From Candidatus Thorarchaeota archaeon (GTDB lineage: Archaea > Asgardarchaeota > Thorarchaeia > Thorarchaeales > Thorarchaeaceae): a stretch of DNA of 40,826 nt. Made by a program: the position numbers and the translations under genes. The DNA is taken from contig JBHLRP010000028.1 in the NCBI GenBank assembly GCA_048882485.1, positions 1-40,826 on the forward strand, written 5' to 3'. The notes beneath the pieces are model-generated. The model saw nothing but the letters and a program-made list of their open reading frames with translations, did no database searches and was not told the DNA's origin. This document shows positions 17,458 through 26,448 of the stretch, piece by piece; the first letter of the stretch is position 1; each line of letters begins with the position of its first letter.

Positions 17458-18168
17458 TCATTCTAGAACGAAGTCATTCCAGACTCTAGATGTGTCTGTG
17501 CCTCGCATTCGTTCCATTCTGACCTTGTAATTGGGTTGTTCACCTTCATCATCAATCTTGAACCGGAGGACTGCATCCGCCATGTAGGAAAATGTTGCAT
17601 AGGTCTTCTCTTCATGGACACCTTCCTCAAGAATAAACATGATACTATGAGAACTCTCTGTGACTCGGCCACTGAGCCTTTGGACTGCTCTTGGCATGGT
17701 AGCTGGATTAGAGTGAAGAATGAGCGTTGACAGACTATCAACAACAACACGAGCAACAACAAGCTCATCTAAGACCTCAGAAAGCACAATTCCTAGCTCA
17801 CTGATATCGTCAACCTTGGCGAGAGAATGAACAGTGCTAGACTTGGGAGCACCCATACGTTCGGAGTAGCCATCGATGAACACAAACTGACTAGAATGCT
17901 CAAAGTCATCAATGGACCATCCATGGCGGCTCATATCATTCCTAATAACTCTTGGTGAGACATCAGTTGTCACAAAGACTGCGGGGAATCCAAGCCTGAG
18001 TCCATCATAGAGAAAGGCTTCAGCGTAGGTTGTCTTCCCAGATCCCAAAGGACCAAGGAGAATGTATGAAACTTGAGTAAGCTGACCAAACTTGACAAGG
18101 TCCCCGATCATAGGCCGTGCAGTGGCCGGCGGGGGTTCAGTGCTTTTCGATTTCGTTTCTTCTCCCAA
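17458..18168 (-). CDS. Single-domain KaiC/RAD55-family ATPase with degenerate catalytic glutamates
   Basis: GPLGSGKT, VTTDVSP (EE absent), RVVVDSLS, FSYMADAV, ERMRGT. Confidence 0.85.
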   Translation of the reverse strand: MGEETKSKSTEPPPATARPMIGDLVKFGQLTQVSYILLGPLGSGKTTYAEAFLYDGLRLGFPAVFVTTDVSPRVIRNDMSRHGWSIDDFEHSSQFVFIDGYSERMGAPKSSTVHSLAKVDDISELGIVLSEVLDELVVARVVVDSLSTLILHSNPATMPRAVQRLSGRVTESSHSIMFILEEGVHEEKTYATFSYMADAVLRFKIDDEGEQPNYKVRMERMRGTDTSRVWNDFVLE

Positions 18169-18194
18169 TAGTCACGCCTCAAGTTCTATAGATT

Positions 18195-18941
18195 CTATAC
18201 TCCAGTACTGATTTCTGCTGGCCATACTCTAATGCCTTCATCCGTTATCCTCATTGAGTGGATTCGCGAGCTGTGTTTTGAACCTCTGAGTTTCAGTATC
18301 TCTATCGACCGCGACCTAGATGTTTCGCTAATCATCTCATTGTAGAGTACAATAACACCACTGGCCAAGAATGCTTCGATATCAAACACACCCAGACCAT
18401 CATGTTGTGCCGGAATCTCACTTGTCAGGATTAGTGTTGTACCTGCACGCGTTATATTGGCGGCGAGCTTGAAGAACTCTTCGCGGAGGATGTCACGACT
18501 CCGAAACTTGTAAGCCAGAATGGTAAGGGTATCAATCACTACCCTCTTGGCACCAAGCTTCTTCACATGATTGAGAATGATGGCTTCCAAGCCTGAGAGG
18601 TCGAAGCTTGGATACTCACCGATTTTCATCGGAGTGACCTCCTTCGAAGGAGACAGATCTACGATGGCCAGTTTCTTCTTCTTCACCAGTGCATCGAGGT
18701 CCATTCCAAATCGCATCATGTTTCTCTTGATTGAGATCGGAGATTCTTCTAGAGTCACAAGAACTCCTGCTTCATCATACTGGGTTGCACCATTATACAG
18801 GAACTGATTTGCCATGATACTCTTTCCTGTTCCTGCTCGACCTGCGATGAGGATTGTGTCGCCTTGTGGGAATCCTCCCTCAATTAGCTCATCCAATCCT
18901 GGAATCCCAGTCTTTACTCTCTCTATAGCGAATTCGCTCAC
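18195..18941 (-). CDS. kaiC: Single-domain KaiC-like ATPase resembling the CI domain
   Basis: RVKTGIPGLDELIEGGFP, GRAGTGKS, VTLEESP, DLSP...FDLSGL, RVVIDTL, IEILKLRGS.H, ITDEGIRVWP. Confidence 0.9.
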   Translation of the reverse strand: MSEFAIERVKTGIPGLDELIEGGFPQGDTILIAGRAGTGKSIMANQFLYNGATQYDEAGVLVTLEESPISIKRNMMRFGMDLDALVKKKKLAIVDLSPSKEVTPMKIGEYPSFDLSGLEAIILNHVKKLGAKRVVIDTLTILAYKFRSRDILREEFFKLAANITRAGTTLILTSEIPAQHDGLGVFDIEAFLASGVIVLYNEMISETSRSRSIEILKLRGSKHSSRIHSMRITDEGIRVWPAEISTGV

Positions 18942-19276
18942 TTTGATTCACCTCTCTTGGTTGCCACTTTCGCTCCCAGAATCATCTTCATTATCATATC
19001 AGGCTCTGGAATTCCCGTGACTGAAACACCACCAATCATTGTAGTTGGTAGTGCGAAGATTCCAAACTCTTCCGCAGCTTCGGGATTCTTACTCACATTA
19101 ATGACCTTCAGAGCGAAAATTCCTCCTCCGAAATCCGTTAGGGTTTCTCTCAGAACCTCTTCAGCTCTAGGGCAGAACGCACATGTGTCGGACTTGAATA
19201 AGACTACCTCGATCGGCTCGTCATCTTCTTCATCCTCCCCATTCTGGGAGTCCGTTGGTTCTATATCATTAGCCAA
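18938..19276 (-). CDS. Thioredoxin-fold protein with CxxC and KaiB-like sequence
   Basis: CAFCP motif; GIFALKVINVSKNPEAAEEFGIFALPT resembles KaiB [27 protein letters not shown] (recalled); 4-nt GTGA overlap with the kaiC-like gene. Confidence 0.8.
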   Translation of the reverse strand: MANDIEPTDSQNGEDEEDDEPIEVVLFKSDTCAFCPRAEEVLRETLTDFGGGIFALKVINVSKNPEAAEEFGIFALPTTMIGGVSVTGIPEPDMIMKMILGAKVATKRGESK

Positions 19277-19369
19277 ACAATGGCACTCCTAGTCCTAGAG
19301 ATATCAGGGTGAAGCATTAGAACTAACTTAACAGTTTTGACGACCTAGTCAGGCAATTACAGTCAATAG

Positions 19370-19759
19370 TCATCGATACTTCAGTATCTTACGAATCTTG
19401 GTTGCCGCCTTGCCAACGGCTCTTGAATGATAGCGCACATTCCTAGGCATTATTGTCCCGAGTATCAATGCCTGAGTGCCCTGAGAAGAAATTCTTCTAA
19501 ACACCGCCTTGCCTTCTGAACATCGAACAGATATGTCCTTAGTCTCTCCAAGGGAGAGCTCATTTCTCACCCGTTCTACTGTGTCTGCAATATGGCCAGC
19601 CATCGCAGCTACCACATCAATATTGGTTGTGGGTGACACCGCATAGGCCATGACCAATCCATCATCTCTTGCAAGGACTGATGTTGTAAATCCGCCCTCC
19701 CTGTTCATCTCCTCTAACGTTTCGGTCAATGCTCGATAATCCGGACGCTCCGAGGTCAT
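19370..19759 (-). CDS. Roadblock/LC7 (MglB-like) domain protein
   Basis: SVLARDDGLVMA...DVVAAMAG...L.LGETKDISV; size and pattern typical of Roadblock. Confidence 0.88.
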   Translation of the reverse strand: MTSERPDYRALTETLEEMNREGGFTTSVLARDDGLVMAYAVSPTTNIDVVAAMAGHIADTVERVRNELSLGETKDISVRCSEGKAVFRRISSQGTQALILGTIMPRNVRYHSRAVGKAATKIRKILKYR

Positions 19760-19945
19760 AACATCATCCCTTGGATGGAAACGTTTTGCGCATTTCCCTA
19801 TTAAACGTGCTGGGCATAATGTATCGTTAAGGTCCTTTCTGTGAAACCGGCCGCAGTCAGAAGAAGATAGAGGCTATTGTAGCATGTGGCCGCATTACAA
19901 TTAAAAGCAGGATTCAGCAGTCCTCAAGGGCTAGGAGACCAATGA

Positions 19946-20494
19946 ATGCCGAGTGAGTATCGCCTCAAGATCGTCATGTTGGGTGATGGTGCAGTAGGGA
20001 AGACAGCACTGACAATTAGATTCACCGAAGGAGGATTTGAGGCTGACTACAAGAGGACCATTGGCGCCGATTTCGCCCTCAAGGAGATTGAGCTAAAGGA
20101 CCTGGATGCCAATGTGACTTGCATTGTGTGGGATCTGGCCGGGCAGCCGCGTTTTGAATCAGTCCGCCAGGGTTTCTATCGAGGAGCTCGGGGAGGGCTT
20201 TTGGTATATGATGTGACTCGCCGTCGTACGTTTCTCAATATTGACAATTGGAAGAATGAATGCTTCGCAAATCTTGGAAATCCAATTCCACTCATAGTTG
20301 TGGCTAATAAGGTGGACCTTGAAGAGAGCCGCGTAGTTTCTAGAGAGGAAGGAGAGGAGTACGCCAAGAAGCACAACTTCCTGTATGTTGAGTCTAGTGC
20401 ACTCACGGGTGAGAATGTACAGGAAACGTACGCTACTCTTTGCAGAAACATTCTAGCTGAGGGAAAGGCAAAGGCGAAAAATAGCAAAGGGTAA
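19946..20494 (+). CDS. Rab-like small GTPase
   Basis: GDGAVGKT, TIGADF, WDLAGQ, FYRGA, NKVD, ESSAL; no C-terminal prenylation Cys. Confidence 0.95.
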   Translation: MPSEYRLKIVMLGDGAVGKTALTIRFTEGGFEADYKRTIGADFALKEIELKDLDANVTCIVWDLAGQPRFESVRQGFYRGARGGLLVYDVTRRRTFLNIDNWKNECFANLGNPIPLIVVANKVDLEESRVVSREEGEEYAKKHNFLYVESSALTGENVQETYATLCRNILAEGKAKAKNSKG

Positions 20495-20499
20495 TGCTG

Positions 20500-21627
20500 C
20501 TATGTGCGTCTAGGTGTTCCTTTCAAAAGCCCCAGCGCTCGCTTGCATTGCCACAGGATGTAGAACACTCGCTTATCTCTCAGAACTTCATCTTCATATT
20601 GACTTGAGATGTCATTGAGCTTCTTTTCAAGCTCCGCTTGGCGGCTCTTTTCAGTGTCAGCTTCAATCTCAGATAGTAGGCTCTTGAATGGAGCGAGCAT
20701 GGCTTCCATCTCTTTAACCTCCCATCGTGTGATTGCACCTGAACCATCTGCCGTAAGAAATGCATCTGTATCAGGATACCACTCGATTCCATCGATCTCA
20801 GTGACTGTCCTACCCTCGCCCTCTATAGTATATGAGTCAGTAATCCAAACGAAAAGCTCCTTTTCACTTGACCCTGATGCCAAATACTTGCCATCCCAGC
20901 TGAAGGATAAAGCTCGAACCTCACCCTCATGCCCTATCAAGGTTCGCTCTGGTTTGAATGAGTCACCTTCTGTCTTCCAAATGATGATACTGTGGTCAGA
21001 GGATCCTGAAGCCATACCTTGTCCATCTCGTGTGAATTTCACAACATGCACTGCTGTCCGATGATCCTTGAGGCGGCCCAGCAGCTGCCCTCTATCGGCA
21101 TCCCAAACGGCTATTGTGCCATCAACTTCCCCTGAGATAATTCGCTTCCCATCAGGCGACCAGTCACATGTCACTACGTAAAGGGAATGCCCCTTGAGTT
21201 GATTGATCTCAGTGCTATTCGAAACATCCCAAATGCGTAGAGTCGTGTCACCACTCCCTGAAACAAGTCGGGTACCATCAGGAGAGAATGCAAGTGCCAA
21301 GACGGGATAACTATGACCTTCTAATTTCCCGATTAGATCTCCTGTTCGGATATCCCATAGCTTGACGACTCTATCAACACCGCCAGTAGCAACAACATCA
21401 CCCTGAGGACTGAAAGCGATAGATGTGCACAGGAATTCATCCTGTATTCGTTGCATCTCTTCGCAGCTCTGTGCGTCATAAAGTCTGATACTTCGGTCCT
21501 GCATGGCTGCAGCGAGCATCCTTCCAACCTTATTCATCGCAAATCGACGCGTGATCTCTGAACCACGTTCAGCCTGAGGTTTCATTACCCTTGGTTGAAG
21601 GAAAAGGGAAAGCTCTCTCTGCTCCAT
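20500..21627 (-). CDS. WD40-repeat (7-blade beta-propeller) protein with helical C-terminal tail
   Basis: Seven repeats, e.g. GHSYPVLALAFSPDGTRLVSGSGDTTLRIWD; ATG at 21627 after GGTG (alternative GTG at 21636). Confidence 0.93.
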   Translation of the reverse strand: MEQRELSLFLQPRVMKPQAERGSEITRRFAMNKVGRMLAAAMQDRSIRLYDAQSCEEMQRIQDEFLCTSIAFSPQGDVVATGGVDRVVKLWDIRTGDLIGKLEGHSYPVLALAFSPDGTRLVSGSGDTTLRIWDVSNSTEINQLKGHSLYVVTCDWSPDGKRIISGEVDGTIAVWDADRGQLLGRLKDHRTAVHVVKFTRDGQGMASGSSDHSIIIWKTEGDSFKPERTLIGHEGEVRALSFSWDGKYLASGSSEKELFVWITDSYTIEGEGRTVTEIDGIEWYPDTDAFLTADGSGAITRWEVKEMEAMLAPFKSLLSEIEADTEKSRQAELEKKLNDISSQYEDEVLRDKRVFYILWQCKRALGLLKGTPRRT

Positions 21628-21748
21628 GTAGCGCACCTTTCAAGCGGGTTCTAGCCACGCCGACCTGAGGCAGTGCTAAAAATGTTATGAAAGGCTCACT
21701 TAGCTAAGTCATCACAATAAGTATTAAGACAGGCGCAAACGAGCACGA

Positions 21749-22966
21749 ATGGCGAGGCCTAGAATGTCAGACAAAGATGACAAGACATCTACTCCACAAA
21801 CCGATAGCGATCCAGTGCGTGGCTTGAAGAGAGCCGTGGGACGACTGTTCAAACCAAAAGAGGACAAACTCAATAAGGCGCTATCAACTATTTCATCGAT
21901 TCAAGCCTGCAAAGACGCAGCTATAACTGGGGAGGAAGAAGTCAGACTTCTTGCAGTCTGCAGACTAGGAGACTATGGCTCGAAGTCATTTGACACTCTT
22001 GATATAACCCTGAATGATGAGAGTAGAGTCATTCGAGCTATGACGGCAGGAGTGTTCGCTTCTATAAAAGATAATAGAGCGATACCCATCCTTAAGGCTC
22101 ATGCATCTGACGATGATGAGATGGTGAGAGAGGCAATTGGTTTTGCTTTGGGATGGTTAGGAAATCGCGGTCATGATGTTGATGATGAACCCCTAATACC
22201 TGACGAGATACCTGAGAAAGAGCAGATAGTTGAGTCTACACCAATTAGAACAAGTGATGATATTCTAGTGACAAATGGGTACCAAGTATCTGACACCAAG
22301 TTGCTATTCAGGAGCACCATTGCCAACAAATCTACTGAAAGAATCTCGAACGTGACCATCAGAATTATGTCATTCCCGGCTGACAGCCTTCTAGCACCGT
22401 ATGGAAGTACGCAGATTATCCCTTCAATTGGACCAGGAGAATCCGATTCAGTCGAGTTCGAATTCTTTGTTAATGCAGAAGCAATTGAGGGAGAAATCGT
22501 ATCATCTGTGATTTTCCTGAATGGTGATGATGAAAAAATCGCAGCCAAATCAGGAATTTGCTTCATCAGGTCAATCTATTCGCAGATTGAACCGTTTGAA
22601 ATGACAGCAGATGAGTTTCAAGCAATGAAAAAGGGGAAAAGCACTTGGAATCGGGAACATGTCATCGAGGTCGAGGCGAAGACGCTCTATAAACTAGTGA
22701 AAAAACTGGCCAATCGATGTAATCTCCATTCTTTCAGAGCAGAATCGACAACGAAAGAAGGAATGCTAATGGGACTTGTCGCTGGTGCGGGGATAGGCAA
22801 GTTCAGCGACACCCGGTTGGCCGTCACAATAACACTCGTTGGGAAGGTCGGTGAAGGAATCTCAAAGGTCAGAATTGATGTGATGTCAGATGACTCGGAA
22901 TTGATTCAGATAGCTGCAAGCGAGTTCTTTGAACGACTGCAAATTGAGATCCAAGCTATTGAATGA
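21749..22966 (+). CDS. HEAT-repeat protein with Ig-like beta-sandwich and platform-like C-terminal domain
   Basis: PBS-type HEAT repeats (VRLLAVCRLG, DDDEMVREAIGFALG); Ig-like segment (FRSTIANKSTERISNVTI...SIGPGESDSVEFEF); alpha/beta tail starting IEPFEMTADEFQAM. Confidence 0.75.
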   Translation: MARPRMSDKDDKTSTPQTDSDPVRGLKRAVGRLFKPKEDKLNKALSTISSIQACKDAAITGEEEVRLLAVCRLGDYGSKSFDTLDITLNDESRVIRAMTAGVFASIKDNRAIPILKAHASDDDEMVREAIGFALGWLGNRGHDVDDEPLIPDEIPEKEQIVESTPIRTSDDILVTNGYQVSDTKLLFRSTIANKSTERISNVTIRIMSFPADSLLAPYGSTQIIPSIGPGESDSVEFEFFVNAEAIEGEIVSSVIFLNGDDEKIAAKSGICFIRSIYSQIEPFEMTADEFQAMKKGKSTWNREHVIEVEAKTLYKLVKKLANRCNLHSFRAESTTKEGMLMGLVAGAGIGKFSDTRLAVTITLVGKVGEGISKVRIDVMSDDSELIQIAASEFFERLQIEIQAIE

Positions 22967-22972
22967 CATAAC

Positions 22973-23776
22973 TTACTGACCTAGAAGCTTCAATAGGGTC
23001 ACTTCGCTGAGAAGACCTAGCTTTTCTGCAATGCCTTCAACGGCAAGGAGCGCAGGCGAATTGTTGGGCAGGTCAAAAACAGGCTTGCCCAAATAATTCA
23101 GTTCTGCTACTTTATCATCGTTTGGAATCATGCCCGCAAGAAAGAGATCATTCTCCTCAAGTCCATTTGAAACAGCTTCAACAAGATTGGATGGAATCCG
23201 ATTGCCGATCACTACCAGCTTCTTGAAGTCAATATGCACTTCTTTCGCGAGGTCTCTTATTCGCAAGGCTGCTTCAAAGGCAGCTCGGGAGGAGTCAATG
23301 ACTATAATGAGAATGTCGACATTTCGATTAGTGCGACGACTGAAATGCTCGAGACCTGCACTCATATCAAGTAGAGTAATCTCATAATTCAATGTCAGAG
23401 TGTCGAGAATCTGGGTGAGGATTCTGTTGACATAGCAATAGCATCCTTCACCTTCTGTGCGACCCATTGCCAAGAAATCGTATCGATCGCCTTCAATGAG
23501 AGCCTCGAAGATTTCCCCTTCAAGAATGTCTTGTTTCGCTGCAGAGGCAGGTAGAGTTCCATCATCAATGTTCTTCCGCATCCTGGTGGCAATTTCTCCA
23601 ACTGATGCCGGAACATCAACTCCCAAGGCTCGAGGGAGATTCATCACAGGATCTGCATCGACTAGAAGCAATGACCGTTGGGTCTTCTCTACAATAATTC
23701 TGGATAGGAGTCCGGCGGTAGTGGTCTTTCCAACGCCACCCTTTCCGGATACTGATATCACTAGACGCTCTTTCAT
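22973..23776 (-). CDS. cooC: CO dehydrogenase/ACS nickel-insertion ATPase (CooC/AcsF)
   Basis: SGKGGVGKT, VDADP, EGEGCYC, DMSAGLEHFSR; ATG at 23776. Confidence 0.92.
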   Translation of the reverse strand: MKERLVISVSGKGGVGKTTTAGLLSRIIVEKTQRSLLLVDADPVMNLPRALGVDVPASVGEIATRMRKNIDDGTLPASAAKQDILEGEIFEALIEGDRYDFLAMGRTEGEGCYCYVNRILTQILDTLTLNYEITLLDMSAGLEHFSRRTNRNVDILIIVIDSSRAAFEAALRIRDLAKEVHIDFKKLVVIGNRIPSNLVEAVSNGLEENDLFLAGMIPNDDKVAELNYLGKPVFDLPNNSPALLAVEGIAEKLGLLSEVTLLKLLGQ

Positions 23777-23838
23777 TCTTCTTACTCCCAATAGGAAAGA
23801 GGGGCATTTTGCCCCTATGACCATTTAGGTATGGTCTC

Positions 23839-25254
23839 TCACTCTTCTTTCCATTTGCCTGCTTGGAGATACTTTGGTATTCCACTGGAGTCTTGTGGAC
23901 CGACCTTAACAGTCCAACCAGATGCCTCTTCGGTTTCACCACTAATTCTAGCAGCCATTCCTGGACTAATGAGAATCTTGTGCTTGACCTTATCAGCAAT
24001 CTTGGTTTCTTCAAGGGTTTCCGCCACCCTCTCTGCCGTCAGCTTTCTACCAGCCACAGCGGATTGGACACTCATTCCTTCTGTATCTACAACCACCAGA
24101 TAGGCATTCACTCCTGCCTGTTTGATATCACTCTCAACTGTGAAGTAAGTGAGTGCAAAGTTGGTTGTATACATCACAGGAGAATCTGGCCCCACATCAC
24201 CAAATTCCTGAAGACCAGCCTCTACCGCAACAGGCTTCACAGGGTCTGTGTAAAGGTTGCTCCTGAGGAATGTAAGTGGCAGGTTTGTCCACATGTCCAA
24301 GCTATGGACGATAATTGCATCAGAGTACCTGACAATCATTGCCGCGGATGTAAGAACTTCATCCCATTTGGTTAGCTCTGGTGCTGCTCCCTCCTTATGG
24401 TCAGCCCAGACTGAAATAGGTGTGGCAAGCAATGGATAGCCCACGAGCTCGTTCTCCTCAATAGTCGCAGCCCTTCTGAGCTGTGTAAAATTGTCAACGG
24501 TAGTACCTAGACCAGCTCTTGAAGCTGTGCCTGGATCGAGTACAAGCTCTTCTACCCCCATAGCCCTCAGTGTATTAACAAGAGTAGCTAAGTCGTCAAG
24601 GCCGCTTGGTGCATATGCCACCAAAGGGAGATTGTGCTTCACAGCAATATCACCCACTTGAGACCAGGTGTCCAATGTCGCTGCATAAAGCAGCGGTCGC
24701 TTGTCAGCAATTGCACTTGCTGCTGCAGCCAGCATCTCAGGATTAAGCGAGCACAAGATAATGGGCCAGTCGGTTAGCTCAGCCACCTTCTTTGCAGTTT
24801 TGGCGAATATCTGCGGATCTTGTGAGACCCCTCGAAGGGCAATTCCATCTAATTGGAGATTCTGGCCAATATACACGTACGTCCAGTCCTCAATCGCCTT
24901 TACCCTATGAGCAAGTTTCTCGCCCTCGAGTGTATCATCCACATCAACAAAGAATGATATTGGATTGGAGTATCTGAGATCATGCCTATACAAGACCAGC
25001 TTTCCACCAATAGATGCTGCTTTTTCGCCGGCTCCAATCACAACTTCTCTGACTGGGGGACGAATGAGGTCTTCTAGCTTGGTCAGCTTCTTGGCATACT
25101 GAGCCTCTTTATAGAGAGGAGTGCATGCTGCAAGCTTCACCGTGTATTCGGCAAGCTTTGTGGCAAAGGCCATGCAGTTGGCTTCTCCGCACTCCTGGCA
25201 GTTGGTACCGGGTAATAGGGGGTAAATGTCCAATGGACCTGGAAGCTTTGCCAT
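23839..25254 (-). CDS. cdhE: ACDS complex gamma subunit (corrinoid FeS protein, large)
   Basis: LPGTNCQECGEANCMAFA...C FeS motif; YTDP.KP..V; TTNFALTYFTVESD; VGPQDSSGIP. Confidence 0.97.
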   Translation of the reverse strand: MAKLPGPLDIYPLLPGTNCQECGEANCMAFATKLAEYTVKLAACTPLYKEAQYAKKLTKLEDLIRPPVREVVIGAGEKAASIGGKLVLYRHDLRYSNPISFFVDVDDTLEGEKLAHRVKAIEDWTYVYIGQNLQLDGIALRGVSQDPQIFAKTAKKVAELTDWPIILCSLNPEMLAAAASAIADKRPLLYAATLDTWSQVGDIAVKHNLPLVAYAPSGLDDLATLVNTLRAMGVEELVLDPGTASRAGLGTTVDNFTQLRRAATIEENELVGYPLLATPISVWADHKEGAAPELTKWDEVLTSAAMIVRYSDAIIVHSLDMWTNLPLTFLRSNLYTDPVKPVAVEAGLQEFGDVGPDSPVMYTTNFALTYFTVESDIKQAGVNAYLVVVDTEGMSVQSAVAGRKLTAERVAETLEETKIADKVKHKILISPGMAARISGETEEASGWTVKVGPQDSSGIPKYLQAGKWKEE

Positions 25255-26448
25255 CTAGGTCCCCTCCGGTATTTCGATTGTGGTCCAGTCTGCATATTCT
25301 GCAATCGTTATCGTTCGCCTCTCTTGTAGCCAATCAATAAGGTCATGGACTGTCTTCATTGCTGCAGGATGCATCATCATGAAGAGGTCATTGCCAGCTA
25401 ACAGGAGTGATAGTGCAGTCACACTCTCCCATATTGGGCCACGAAGTTCCCTCGGTCCGAGTTCTGGTGCCTTGAGCCAAGCTTCTCTAGCAGCCCAAGC
25501 ATTTGTTGTGCCTGAACTGATGGGATATTGCAATTCATTATCACCCAATAGCCCCGCCAGACGCATCCTTTGCATCATAGTGAACGCATATTCAAGACCG
25601 TACCCAAGTGCAGCAGTAGTGGGATCGATTACTATCTGATCTGGTGTAAGCCACTCAATCAGCCTCCGATTCAATTCCTTCTGTTCGTTGATGTCGAGCG
25701 AAGTCCATGACAAGACAATCTGTTCATGCTCCTTCGCAGCCACAGCCACAGGTTCATAGACATCGATTGTTGCAGAGCAGAGCAGGGTTCGTTCACCTTC
25801 ACATACCTCTGCAGCTTTAGCAAGAACGGGTCCATCCTTCTCAGGGTCGCCTGCAGAACCAATGAGCACGGGAACCTTGACTGCCTGTAGAACCTCTTCA
25901 ACAGTCTTTGCGGCCTTTTGAGGTGAAGTGTTTCCCAGTTGTCTGTCTGTACTGATGAGGTGTATTGTTATCACGTCAGCTCCGAACTTATTCACGCAAA
26001 GCTTTGCCCATTCCGCGGGATCATCCAGTACCTCCCTGTAGTGAGTCTTGACTGCTTTCGCCAGCGGAATTGGCATGTCAAAGACGTCAGCAGCAATAAT
26101 GGGCGGGTTCTTTGGTGGTGCTTGAAACAAATCCCATGCAGGTGCAGTATGACCGCCAATGGTCACTGTATTGCTCCTTGATCCGCCCTCCTTCTTGGTA
26201 GCCCCAATTGTAATCTCCCGAATCACACCAGGATACTCACCAAGGGGCGGCTTGAACTGGGCAGGAATAAGTGACTTTGGCATCTCAATTGCAGCCTTGG
26301 CTGCAGCCTGCGCTAGTCGTTGGACCATGGGACGAAGAGCGAGCTTCAGTTCGTCTACCTCAATTGTGACGTGCTCCAGCTCCAACTCGGCGAAATCACC
26401 AAAGATGTCGTCTAGCGACTGTCCTCTTCCTTCCTCATGGGACGTCAT
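25255..26448 (-). CDS. cdhD: ACDS complex delta subunit (corrinoid FeS protein, small)
   Basis: TIGAT..EGGSR, DPAEWAK, DPTTAALGYGLEY, TNAWAAREAW, MMMHP. Confidence 0.97.
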   Translation of the reverse strand: MTSHEEGRGQSLDDIFGDFAELELEHVTIEVDELKLALRPMVQRLAQAAAKAAIEMPKSLIPAQFKPPLGEYPGVIREITIGATKKEGGSRSNTVTIGGHTAPAWDLFQAPPKNPPIIAADVFDMPIPLAKAVKTHYREVLDDPAEWAKLCVNKFGADVITIHLISTDRQLGNTSPQKAAKTVEEVLQAVKVPVLIGSAGDPEKDGPVLAKAAEVCEGERTLLCSATIDVYEPVAVAAKEHEQIVLSWTSLDINEQKELNRRLIEWLTPDQIVIDPTTAALGYGLEYAFTMMQRMRLAGLLGDNELQYPISSGTTNAWAAREAWLKAPELGPRELRGPIWESVTALSLLLAGNDLFMMMHPAAMKTVHDLIDWLQERRTITIAEYADWTTIEIPEGT

